The notes beneath the pieces were generated by a model. It worked only from the letters and a program-made list of their open reading frames with translations. It was not told the DNA's origin and did not search any database. Position numbers and translations under genes: made by a program. DNA of 63,865 bases, the filler included, from Stramenopiles sp. TOSAG23-2 (Eukaryota), in assembly GCA_900128395.1 (NCBI GenBank). It is 27 parts of 27 records of this genome, joined end to end, with 100 filler letters (N's around TTAATTAATTAA, not from the genome) between each part and the next. Parts side by side here need not be neighbours in the genome. Positions count along the whole stretch, not along the records: positions 52,192 to 54,450 come from LT651891.1; positions 54,551 to 56,807 come from LT651892.1; positions 56,908 to 59,160 come from LT651893.1; positions 59,261 to 61,513 come from LT651894.1; positions 61,614 to 63,865 come from LT651895.1; 22 more parts are not named here. One strand, written 5' to 3'. Shown one piece after another: positions 52,192 through 63,865 of this stretch (positions are counted from its first letter, which is position 1; each line of letters opens with the position of its first letter).

Positions 52192-52503
52192 TTTACTTGA
52201 AAGCATAGACTACCGTACCATTCCTGTTCTTGACCCCATGCTAAAAACTTGTCTTGGACATCATCAGGTTCATCTTCCATACCACCCAATATAGGTAGTA
52301 TTTTCTCACACCATTCCGATTCGTCGTATTGGTCACGAATGTATTTTGGTATGTACTCTACCATACATGCATCGTCAATCAGCGCTTCGGCATCTTCCGG
52401 TGCTTCACCATCACAATCAACATATATTGCATCAGCGGTCTTCTTACTAATTTCATCCATGTTTTCAACAACATGCAATCCTTCGATGAAATCATCAACG
52501 AAC
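52192..52503 (-). CDS. FERM central-domain exon (MyTH4-FERM/talin-like), fragment
   Basis: EYIPKY...EWCEKIL...FLAWGQEQEWYGSLCFQV matches the FERM lobe B-C pattern. Confidence 0.6.
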
Positions 52504-53182
52504 TAACTTGTTGCAAAAAAATTAGATTTTATTATACTGTTATTAGTATATATTATTCAATTTTAAACGATAAATTATATATATACATATAAGACTGCGA
52601 TGCAAAATATATTCGTACGTCTTATTATATGTATTATTATTATCGGTAATTTTTAATCTCATATGTACACATAAATTGCTACGAGTGTATATATACGCGA
52701 ACCACCTTCATATATAATATCTTTTTTCGTATCTTATCTTGATGATGCTGTGTAGTGCTTTATTGATGAGAGAATAGATCGGATCCTCTCTCCTCGTACC
52801 ACCAGTGGTAGATGAGAGTTATAGGACAAGATTTGCACATAATTTCGGCCTCTAAGATATATATATACATATTATTACATTCAAATAACTTTCGTGGAAA
52901 AAAAAATGCTGTACCCAATGACAGGGAAGGACGAGTTTTTTATGATTATGAGTGTTTTATTTCTCTGGGAAACAAAATTTATTCAGTATTACCGCGGGTA
53001 CTTCGTATAAATGTGATTTTTAGTTCGTAGGATGTTTGAACAAAAAAATGTTTTTTTTTAAATATAATATTTATAAAAATAAAAAACCACTCGACACCAC
53101 ACGATCGACCATAAAAGCAAACGGAGATTAAATGTTGTGCTTTATTTAATATATAAAAATTGATTTTCCATCTCTCTTTTTT

Positions 53183-54450
53183 CTACGAATTTCTTTTTCT
53201 TTTTTTCTTATTGTTTCCACCATCATCAAGATCACTCTGTTGCGATTCTTGGTATACCTTTGATGCTTTCATATGAGTCACCACTGCAGTTACAACTTGT
53301 TTCGCTGTTTTCAATGATGTTTTATTTCTTCCACGCCCAACTTCACCAGCATCCATATATTTTTTCAATATAGAGGAGATTGTATACATATCATACATTT
53401 GTTTTACATTTGTTTCATCGAATTGTTTTTCCAACAGGCCATTTGGACCTTTCAATGTTAATTTATGCTTTAAAAATAGTTGTTCCAATACTTCTAGTCT
53501 TTCAAATGGTGCAAAAATTTCAGAAATGACTGAATTTTGATTTAAAAGCCAATATGCAACTTCTTCACCTTTTCGTGGCTGTGTTGCTTGAGCATATTGC
53601 ATAATAAAAGGAGAATTTAAAAATGTACTCAATCGATTTGGTTCTAATGCCGTTTCTTGCGCTTTTAAAAGTAACTCTTTCGAAGCTGGCTTGAATCGTG
53701 ATAATCGCAACAATATCATTTGTGGTTTGTTATTCATCATCGACATTTGCGATACCATGGTTAATGTCATCATAGCCATTGGTATTGTATTTTGTGCAAT
53801 ACGATTGTTGTTAATTGCTACAATAATATCGCCTGGCATAACTTTTTCAATACCCTTCAATACCCTACTAGATACAAGTAACTTTGAACTTTCTAAAGGT
53901 CCAACTACATTTGCTGCATTGATGTTAGCATTGTTACCTGCCGTTGCGAATCTAGGCCCTCCTCCTCCTCCTCCTCTTGGAGACACACTATTTACATTTA
54001 AAAATGATTTGACCAATAATCCTGGAGGTGACATCATTGGGCCTAACATAGCACCGATGCCCAATCTTGATCCAGGTGGCACGATAACGTTTACATCATA
54101 TTCGATCCATCTCTCATTCAATTTTTGACGTTCCGCTTGTACAAGCCGTTGTTTAATAGCTTGTGTTATGCTTGCAAATCGTTCATTTGCTTTTTGGTTA
54201 AAATTTAATAACGTTCGTACGGCATTGTCATCTAAATTTGTATCATCACCAGGCATTTCCAACGATACAAGCTGATCGATACATTGCTGCCCAACATTTG
54301 TATGAATTAACCACTTAATATTTTCTTCCTTGACAACTACGTTATTACTATCCACGTTGAAGGATTTCAATTTGTTAATTAACGTTTCCTCTGCAATTTT
54401 TCTGTTAGCCAATCTTTGTTCATCTTTTTTTTTCTTTTTGTTTTTCTTTT
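53183..54450 (-). CDS. PDZ-like domain protein with a basic C-terminal NLS, 5' partial
   Basis: VIVPPGSRLGI...GPLESS...VMPGDIIVAINN...LRLSR, ending KKKRKRNS. Confidence 0.65.
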
Positions 54451-54726
54451 NNNNNNNNNNNNNNNNNNNNNNNNNNNNNNNNNNNNNNNNNNNNTTAATT
54501 AATTAANNNNNNNNNNNNNNNNNNNNNNNNNNNNNNNNNNNNNNNNNNNNAATCATCAAAAAATGTTAAATGAAATAATAAATCATTACTCGTCAGCTGC
54601 GAATTGCAGAATATATTCCATGATTGCAGAAGCAAAATAACATATAATATAGATATATATTATTGGTTGTCTCTCAATTGATACATATATAATATAATAA
54701 ATTCGAGGCAAGACAACAAAACAAAC

Positions 54727-56807
54727 ATGAATATTATGAGAACAAATTTATTATTTTCAATTATAAAAAAACAATCATCTTATAAATTATTTACAAAAAA
54801 GAAGATTTTGGTAGCATTATTTGTCGTTGTTGGTTTCCTTTTTAATTTAATAATACCAATAAATTCACAAACGGAATGGGATTGTTCTGCTACAACAAAT
54901 ACAGGTACGTTTAAACGTAATAATGATTGTACCATATCAGGTAGTGATCACGTATCTGTATTGAATACGTTAGAAATTGATGGTATAAATACGGATATGA
55001 ATAATTTAATTATTATAACTGCTGCGAGTAAACATCGTCATTTTTATTTAAATAATGCAAATGCTAAATTAATATTACGTTATATAAAATTAGTTAGTGG
55101 AGATGTTAGTAGTTATAGTAATGATCCTGAAGAATCAGGTGGATCAATATTGATTTACACAAACGGTGGTGAATTAAATTTATATTCATCTATTGTATTT
55201 AATAATAAAGCTGGTTGGGGTGGTGGAATAGTTGCATGGGGTGCTCTTGGGGTGCCTAACTGGATTATGAATATATATAATAGTATTATTCATAACAATG
55301 AAGCTACTGTTGGTTGTGGTGGTGGTATTTATATGGAATGGTCTGTTGTTTGTACTATTTACAATACTACCATAGATAAAAATCAAGCTCTTGGTTGTGG
55401 TGGTGGTATGTATATATATAACAGTGATGTAACGATGAAGAATACAATCATATCAAATAATAAAGCTATGGAGGAGGTTAGGTATGGAGGAGGTGGCCTC
55501 CATATAGACAGTGATATAAATCCAGGCACTACAGTCATCTGCCATCAATCTTCATTTATCAATAATGATGCATCTAGTTATGGTGATGAAATATATACAT
55601 CGGGATCACCAACCATATCATTAATAAATACATATTTCAATAATCCAAATAATATTTATATTTATAATGATACAAGTAATGGATCGCCAACATGGAAAAC
55701 ATGTTTAGATAATTTATGTACCAAAACACCATTCACTGGCACATGCAATCAACTAAACAAAAATAATAAAAAATTAGGTGTAATATGTCCGTGTTCAATA
55801 ACTAATAACTTTGATTGCGTAGTATGTGGTATTGGAAAATTTAATCCTTTAGAAAATCTTCAAACATACCAACTTGATATTTGCGCCAATTGTAGTATTG
55901 GAAAGTTTAATGATTTACAAGGCCAATCAACTTGCAAAAAATGTGATGTTGGTAAATTTAATAATTTACAAGGCCAATCAAACGAAACGTCTTGTAAAAA
56001 ATGCGGTGTTGGAAAATTTAATAGTTTACAAGGCCAATCAAATTGCACTAGCTGTGGTGTTGGTAAATTTAATAGTTTACAAGGCCAATCAAATGAAATA
56101 GCTTGCAAAAAATGTGGCGTTGGTAAATTTAATAGTTTACAAGGTCAATCAACTTGCAGAAGCTGTGGTGTTGGCAAATTCAATGATTTACAAGGCCAAA
56201 CATCGGAAACATCATGCAAATCCTGTCCTATTAATTTTCCAGAAACATGCGACGTGGATTATACAGATTGTCTACTCACTAATGCAGGATCTGCCAATCT
56301 TTGCGCAACAACAATAACATTTAATACTGAAACACGAGAAACACATAATGACTTCCGAACTGGTAACATATATGGCAAATACACAACAACTAAAGATGAA
56401 GGTAACAAAATTATTGTATATATGCACAATAATAAATCAACAGAGTTACAATTAAACGCTTTAAAAACGAAAAACATACTTATTGGAGACATACCAATCA
56501 AAATTGCAGATTATCAACAATACATCAATAATTTCAATATTCAATATAATAGTTTTAACTATCCACCACCAAAACCAATAATAGAATTATGCAAGGTAAT
56601 TCTTTGTGAAGGAATACCTCCAGGGGATTGTTCCGGGTTTAAAAATTCAGTTCCATCCATAGATTTACAAACATGTGTACCTTGCACGGATACTCCAATA
56701 TGGATGATAATCACATTACTAATTGTAATGGGAGCAATAATGTTTTTTGCATTGCGTAAATTGGTACAATATACGGAAAAATATCCTGGTGCAATTGGTG
56801 GTACAAT
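54727..56807 (+). CDS. Surface protein with Pmp-like beta-helix (GGGI/FxxN) repeats, GCC2-GCC3 Cys repeats and a TM segment, 3' partial
   Basis: NKA..GGGI repeats, tandem CGVGKFNSLQGQS..C units at 55820-56230, and TM WMIITLLIVMGAIMFFAL. Confidence 0.8.
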
Positions 56808-56941
56808 NNNNNNNNNNNNNNNNNNNNNNNNNNNNNNNNNNNNNNNNNNNNTTAATTAATTAANNNNNNNNNNNNNNNNNNNNNNNNNNNNNNNNNNNNN
56901 NNNNNNNGTATATATAAACACGAAGACATTGTAAAACAAAG

Positions 56942-58714
56942 ATGGCGAAGAAAACAATGAAAGTGAAGGGGGGAAAGAAAAAAGGAAAGAAGAAAGGAAA
57001 GAAGAAGGGAAAGAAAGGCAAGAAAAAAAAGAAAGGGTTAGATGTAGTACGGGATTCTGCTTTATCGTTAACTGGAAATGAAGTGTTGGAGTTACAAATA
57101 CTTCGTGAAGATCGAGTAGAATTACAAAAACGTTGCAATGAATTGTCAAGTTCAGAAATGGTATTACGTAAACGAATGGAAAGTATACACGAGGACACAG
57201 AGGAAGTCTTTGAAAATTTACGTAGTAAAGTTGAAAAATCGAAAGCATATGCAAAAGTATTATTAGACCAACGTGATATTATAGAAAGAGAAAGACAAGA
57301 TGCAGAATCAGCTATGCAACAACGGCTTGCAGGACAACAACGTATAGCAAAAGAATCAAAGAAAAAATTAAATGCAGTATTATCACAATGGGAAGATGAA
57401 AAGAAAAAAATAGAAATGGGTGGAAAAGCCCTGGCAGAGCGTGCAGCACGAGAAGCGAAAATTAAAGAATTAGAACAAACATTAAAAAAAGCAAACGACC
57501 ATGTTGCTTTAAGAGAGGAAGAACATAATATTATTACCTCTATTGAAAAAGTTGAACAGCAAGTATTTGGTATACCAGCATTATTACTTGAAACATTAGT
57601 TAGATACCCAGAAATGAGAATAATAGTTAGTGATGCAATTAAATCATTAATTAGTATATTGAGCTCTGCAAATGCTGATTTTGTATATGAAAAAAATGGC
57701 ATTGAATTAATTTTAAGAGCTATGCATGATAATAAAGCAGATGCAAAAATACAAAAAAATAGTTGTAGATTTTTATGGCAAATCATGATACAAGGTAATA
57801 CGGCAGCTATATTAGATAAATTAGAAAAAAAAGAATGTATCATGTATGTTTTAGATGCTATGCAACGGCATACGGATGAAAGGCATTTACATTACAACGC
57901 AGTCGGTTTAGCATGTGTTTTAATACCAAAATTACGACGTTCCATCGAATCCAACCATACGGATACATATAATAAAAAAAGTAAAAAAATGAAAGATACT
58001 ACTACTAGTAGTAAAATGAGATCATCCAGTTCATTGCCATCGTTAACACGAGGTAAAACTGGTAAAACGTTAATGTCCAATTTAAATAAAGGTGGTGGTA
58101 TGGGTATGCGTGCATTGAAAAAAATGACACAAAAAAATGCTAAATTTAAAGATTTACCTAGTGAAGAAGTATTGCGATCTCGACAGACAACATCTGATAC
58201 AGTACGTATGTTATTTGCTGCAATGGATTATCGTGAAGGTGATGGATTAGCTGCACAATGGTGTTGCACCGTTTTATCGTCTATTATATTTAAACGTGCC
58301 GAGATTGAAGTGCAACATAAATTACCAGATCCAACACAAGTACCAGAATTAGTAAGACAACATGCATTGAATACAATAAAACGTTCTGTCGATAGTGGCG
58401 AAAAAGGTTTTATATTTCGTATGGTACATTTGTTACGTAGTTATCGTGGAAAACGCCATGATGCAATGCAAGGCATGGTTGGATTAATGTTAGTACAATT
58501 ATTGCCTGAAGATCCGGTCAAAAAAACACAATATTTAAAACGTTATAAAGAATATCAAGTTCCACAAGCTGTTACTGATATTTGTAAACAAGAACATGTA
58601 CATCGTGATAAAGATTTGTTAAATATTTTATGTGAAATATTAAATTATTTTGCATTTCCAATACCAGAAGATCCAAAGAAAAAGAAGAAATTTGGAATGT
58701 TATTTGCACGGTGA
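56942..58714 (+). CDS. Coiled-coil plus armadillo-like repeat protein with a Lys/Gly-rich N-terminus
   Basis: GKKKGKKK N-terminus, a coil, and ARM-like GIELILRAMHD...IQKNSCRFLW and VLDAMQRH. Confidence 0.75.
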   Translation: MAKKTMKVKGGKKKGKKKGKKKGKKGKKKKKGLDVVRDSALSLTGNEVLELQILREDRVELQKRCNELSSSEMVLRKRMESIHEDTEEVFENLRSKVEKSKAYAKVLLDQRDIIERERQDAESAMQQRLAGQQRIAKESKKKLNAVLSQWEDEKKKIEMGGKALAERAAREAKIKELEQTLKKANDHVALREEEHNIITSIEKVEQQVFGIPALLLETLVRYPEMRIIVSDAIKSLISILSSANADFVYEKNGIELILRAMHDNKADAKIQKNSCRFLWQIMIQGNTAAILDKLEKKECIMYVLDAMQRHTDERHLHYNAVGLACVLIPKLRRSIESNHTDTYNKKSKKMKDTTTSSKMRSSSSLPSLTRGKTGKTLMSNLNKGGGMGMRALKKMTQKNAKFKDLPSEEVLRSRQTTSDTVRMLFAAMDYREGDGLAAQWCCTVLSSIIFKRAEIEVQHKLPDPTQVPELVRQHALNTIKRSVDSGEKGFIFRMVHLLRSYRGKRHDAMQGMVGLMLVQLLPEDPVKKTQYLKRYKEYQVPQAVTDICKQEHVHRDKDLLNILCEILNYFAFPIPEDPKKKKKFGMLFAR

Positions 58715-58985
58715 TGTGTAGGTAGTATATTAGAGGGAGGAGTTTAAATGTGTGTGTATATATATATATTTTAGTGTGGTGTTATTAATATTGGTATGAT
58801 AAAAAAAATAAGACTATTGTATTTATTTATAAGAAAAAGAAGAAATTTGGAATGTTATTTGCACGGTGATGTGTAGGTAGTATATTAGAGGGAGGAGTTT
58901 AAATGTGTGTGTATATATATATATTTTAGTGTGGTGTTATTAATATTGGTATGATAAAAAAAATAAGACTATTGTATTTATTTAT
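58676..58985 (+). repeat. 155-bp tandem duplication of the gene end and 3' UTR
   Basis: aagaaaaagaagaaatttgg... at 58676 and 58831. Confidence 0.92.
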
Positions 58986-59650
58986 TATATAAATAATGAT
59001 GTCTCAGGTAATAATATAAATTATATAATATAATATATACTTATATATTTTGATATATCTTTTTATGATTTTAACACACTTTTTAATCGGGATAATCGAT
59101 TCTGGAGATCTCGTCGTTGTTGCGCATGTGATTCAATTGCTTTATGCGCAGATTGTTGTANNNNNNNNNNNNNNNNNNNNNNNNNNNNNNNNNNNNNNNN
59201 NNNNTTAATTAATTAANNNNNNNNNNNNNNNNNNNNNNNNNNNNNNNNNNNNNNNNNNNNATACATATGAAGCAAATGTGACGCTTGGAAATGTTGAATG
59301 GAAAGATGTTTATCCAATGGATTTCTATAGGAAAGAATCTGGGCCATGGACAAATTATTTCAATTGATCGTTGAGAGAGAGAGATGTAATCTAAAAAAGA
59401 AAAAACATATATATTTAAAAATATAAATCTCTTGGTGTGTTATATACGACGTATCTCTCAAAAAACTTTTATAGAGTATTAATATTTGTCGCCGTGTTGT
59501 GGCACTGTGTTGAATAATAATCGCGGCGGCCAGGGAGAAAAGAATCCGGCGGATGGTATATTACATACCAACAACAGAAAGAAAGACAGACAACAACATT
59601 CGAAATGTTAAGTGGCATGTTTTAATAGATATAGACAAATAGATAAAATT

Positions 59651-61513
59651 ATGAAATATGTTACAGATTCTATAAACATAATTAAGCAAAATAAATTATT
59701 TTTACAAAAAACATATCAATTGTTAAGCGGTGCACACTCTCGTCTAAGATTTGGTGAATACCACTATGAAAATGAGAATAATGATATTTTATGTAAACCA
59801 TGTTGTGTGAAGGAAGCCAGTTTAACGCGTGCAAAACGTGAGGATCGATCTGCATCAGCTGTAAGCAAATTGAAACATGAAAGTAAAGTACTCCATATGT
59901 TGAAAGATCATCCAAACATTGTATCATCCTATGGTATATGTGAAAAATATGTCGATACTAATACTAGTAATAATAATGATAAGAATCATAAAAACAAAGA
60001 AGATATCTTTTTTCAATTAATTATGCAAAAATGTCACGGAACAACTTTATCAAAGGCGATTGCAAACGAATTATTGTCTTTAGATATGCGTATTAGATGG
60101 TTATACGAGATTGCTGATGCAATGAATTATGTACATAGTTGTAATATCATACATCGTGACTTAAAACCAAATAATGTCGTTTTAAATAATATATCATCTG
60201 CAGTAAAGTTGATAGATTTTGATGCAAGTTATATTTTAAAAAAAGAAGACAGAATAAATAATGAATTAATTGGTACATTGCAATATATGTCGCCAGAAAT
60301 GTTAAGTGGCTCTGATTATGGTAAACCTACTGATGTTTATTCATATGGAATCTTGATGTATGAGATTATTGAAAGACAAAATGCGTATTATGGTAAAATA
60401 AATGCAATGCCTGATAATGATTCTATGACAAGATATGATTTTAAACATGCAGTGATCAATCATAATTTAAGACCAACAACTTTAGATGAAGTGAATAATA
60501 ATAACAATCATGAAATTTATGAACTTATGTTTCAGTGTTGGGAAAAAGATGAAGTGAATCGACCCACTTTTAATGATATATGTTTTAAATTGAAAAACAT
60601 TCTAGTAGAAAATTTTGGCAACTCATCTGATAGTTCTATAAGTCATCATTTTTCGTATGGGATATCATCAAATATAGGTCGTCGTAAAAATATGGAAGAT
60701 CAATTACTATGCGTCGTAAATAACAAGACAAATTCTTCATTAGCCGCAGTATTTGATGGTCATGGTGGATCAGATATTAGTTTATATGTAAAAGAAAAAA
60801 TGCATGAATATTTTATTCATAATGATAACAACCCATATCAAAGAAATAGCCTTTTTGATATTTTATCATCAATAGAAAATGATGTACAACAAAANNNNNN
60901 NNNNNNNNNNNNNNNNNNNNNNNNNNNNNNNNNNNNNNNNNNNNNNNNNNNNNNNNNNNNNNNNNNNNNNNNNNNNNNNNNNNNNNNNNNNNNNNNNNNN
61001 NNNNNNNNNAAAATGATGTACAACAAAAAAAAAACAAGCTGGCACAGAATCAGGGCACAACTGCATCTTGTATTATTGTTGATGACAATTATATTCAAAT
61101 AGCCAATCTGGGTGATTCGGATATTATATTGTGTGAAAAAAAATGTAACGATGATGTTGATAATAATAATGATAGATGCTACAATATTAAAGTAATGTCA
61201 AAAAAACATGCACCAGATGAAAAGGCTGAAGAAGAGCGTATAATGGAATATGGCGGTACGATCAAACGAATGGTGCGTATACAAGATGATGGAAATGAAT
61301 ATCCTTTCGGTCCTTCTCGTATCTATGTAAGTAAAGAATCAAAAGTTGGGTTAGCAGTTAGTAGAGCTATTGGTGATTTATCTTTCAGACCGTATATTTC
61401 AAGTGTACCATCTACGAAAATGATAAAAAGAAAGCATGACAAGCAATTATTTATGATTATTGCAAGTGATGGTATTTGGGACGTCTTAACTCACAGTGAG
61501 GCATGTGAAATTG
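59651..61513 (+). CDS. TKL-like protein kinase fused to a PP2C phosphatase, 3' partial, with an internal scaffold gap
   Basis: Kinase motifs HPNIV, HRDLKPNN, DFD, GTLQYMSPE and DVYSYG. PP2C motifs GRRKNMED, VFDGHGG, GTTA, ANLGDS, LAVSRAIGD and ASDGIWDV. Gap at 60895-61009. Confidence 0.88.
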
Positions 61514-61708
61514 NNNNNNNNNNNNNNNNNNNNNNNNNNNNNNNNNNNNNNNNNNNNTTAATTAATTAANNNNNNNNNNNNNNNNNNNNNNNNNNNNNNN
61601 NNNNNNNNNNNNNAAGGACCAAAATGAAACATTCCACAGCATTGTCCTCTTGCCCGCCGGGCCCGCCTCCAACTTAAACTCGATTTACCACAAAGGATGT
61701 TTACAATA

Positions 61709-62515
61709 GACCGGATCTGGTTAGTCAAAATTAATATTTTTATATAGGATTTAATTATTTTTTAATTTATACTTGATTTGTATTGTACCTGCACAGGATT
61801 CATAATATATTTTATTTAAATATTTGTTACTGCTGTGCAGTGTAAATGTTTTTAGGTGTCAATCAAAAATTGTATGTATTCTTTTAGTATATTTATGGTA
61901 GTAACAATTTCCTAGCAAATATATTGTAAAAATATCCAGATCAAAGTAAAATACATTGTACTTGATGATTCTATGTCAAAAAACAAATTTACAACAAGTT
62001 TTCAATATTTTTGATATATATCATTTAAGTATAACACATATAAGATATTCTTATTATTATACATTTTAAAATTTAGTATACTAAAAACCATACCTATTAG
62101 TTAAATATTATTAAATATTATCATTTTTTTTTATATTTTTTAACTGGTAGGCATGATTTTTTGTAGACTAACTTTCAGCTGTATATTTTATGGCAAAAAA
62201 AACGTGTAAAATGAGGCAAAAATGGCAGAAGAGCAAATAAATAATCCACTAAAAAAAATTTCATAGAATGTGATAATCAGTATAGTAACAAGTAAAGGAA
62301 TAAAATAATTATTATTTCCTGACTTTTATTCAGGATATCCTAAAAATTAAATTGATTAAAATCGATGAAGATTTAAGGGTCCATTTAAAGAAAATTTGTT
62401 AAAAATATTAATTCAATAATAATTAATAACCTATCAAATTAATTAATTCCGATAGTATGAACACAGCATTACGCCAAATATTAATTTAATTAATTTTGAC
62501 AAACCAGATCCGGTC
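61709..62515. mobile_element. MITE with ~27-bp TIRs and TA flanks
   Basis: AATAGACCGGATCTGGTTAGTCAAAATTAAT (61705-61735) and its reverse complement at 62489-62519, one mismatch. Confidence 0.8.
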
Positions 62516-62707
62516 TATTATTATTACCTCTGGTATATTATTAGGTGGTGCATTATATTAGACTATTTATTATTATACAAAAATTATTTATTAAATTGTT
62601 GTGCATTGTTGCAATTATATGAATCATAAATGTAAATGAAGTGATGTATAAAAAGCAAATACATCTAAGCAAAATTTATATTATTTCTTCACAAGTGCTA
62701 GATTAAC

Positions 62708-63763
62708 ATGCCATCGAAAAGTTCTTCAAAAACGACAAATCTAAAAAGTTTGTCACAGAAAAAAACTACTGAAAAGAAAAAAATAGAATCAAATTCAAAA
62801 AAATCGTCTTCTGAATTATTTCAAATTTTTCTTATTGTTACATTGTATTTTGGCAGCAGTACTTGTTTTCATGTTATACACAATGAATGGTCTGTAGCAC
62901 AAGCATTTTATTATTCGGTTCAATCTGGACTTTCAATCGGTTTTGGTGTGCTGGCGGAAACTGATGACGTATCGCGATTTTATACAGTGATTCACGTTAT
63001 TTTAGGTGCCATAATGATTAGTGTATCTTTTAGTTTGATCTTCGCAAGAGTTTTAGAAAGGATCGAAGCGCAAAAAATTAATGCCGCAAAAGATTCCACG
63101 CAAAAAAAACAAAGTTTGATTGCCATCTTCATCGACGCGTGCTTCTCTACTGAGGTTGTCATTGCCATGTTATGGATATCTTTAGGGATAGGTATTGGCG
63201 TTGTTTTAGAAGGCTGGTCCGTTATTCATTCTTTGTATTTTGCGTTAACAGGCATTTCAACTGCAGGCTTAGAAGGTCCAAGTAATGTTGATGTAAGTAA
63301 ACTCTTTTCTATCCCCTTGTAATAAATATATCTTCTCTAACACACGCTATACGCTCCACAGTTTAATTTATGGATTACAGCATTCTATGTCTTATTAGGT
63401 GTGCCAATTTTTTCAGAGGGAACAGGTAAAATAGCTGGTGCTTTCCTAGAATACCGCCAGATGGCACAATTCGAAGCGTCCATTCGTTCACATCAAATCA
63501 GTCGGAAAAAATTTCGAAGATTATCATCCATGACCAAGAAACGGTCAACTAGTAAAACAGATGATGATAATGATTTAATTGATCGCCATGCCTTTGTTTG
63601 TTATGAATTAGTTGCACTTGGACTGGTAAAGGAAGAAACGATGGATATGCTTAATAATAAATTTGATAAAATGGATGAGCAGGGAGATGGTTTCATATCA
63701 TTTGATGAAGCTATGAAAAAAGGTTATTTATTTGAAAATAAAGATACTAAAAAAGTATTGTAG
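62708..63763 (+). CDS. Two-pore (K2P/TPK-like) potassium channel with a C-terminal EF-hand; intron 63293-63361
   Basis: Pore 1 AFYYSVQSGLSIGFG, pore 2 SLYFALTGISTAGLEG. A phase-0 GTAAGT...CTAAC...CAG intron joins the two ORFs. EF-hand FDKMDEQGDGFISFDE. Confidence 0.85.
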
Positions 63764-63865
63764 AGGCTGAGTACATTTTCGTTTTGTGGATTTAGATTTT
63801 TACGTGTATTTTAGAAGATATATTTATTACAAGGGGATAGAAAAGAGTTTACTTATTGCAACATA

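Noticed and set aside
56856-57843. Long antisense ORFs (327 aa here; also 47416-48060, 20611-21111, 7628-8104)
   Set aside because: Shadow frames of real genes on the opposite strand, with no independent motifs.

Overview
This is not one locus. It is 27 unrelated contigs of about 2.25-2.28 kb, sorted by decreasing length and joined by an artificial N44-TTAATTAATTAA-N44 linker, so synteny only holds within a contig. The DNA is very AT-rich and eukaryotic (GT-AG introns, standard code, TA microsatellites). It is probably a heterotrophic protist, possibly a stramenopile single-cell assembly (inference). Housekeeping genes recognised: PCCB, Enhancer of polycomb, a NUDT6-like Nudix hydrolase, DUS3, an SLC49-like MFS transporter, a two-pore K+ channel and a RUVBL1 fragment. 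There are also several Cys-rich or secreted proteins, three TA-flanked MITEs and many local duplications. The most interesting signals are two distinct TET/JBP-type 2OG-Fe(II) dioxygenases. One (45110-46467, minus) appears fused to an EndoIII/Nth-like HhH-GPD domain and sits head-to-head with a multicopy NLS-bearing gene. The other (5189-6936) has a virus/phage-like core plus a Tudor-like tail. A prokaryote-type glycerol-1-phosphate dehydrogenase-like gene lies 18 bp from a eukaryotic transporter. All protein calls come from motif recognition by eye, not database searches.
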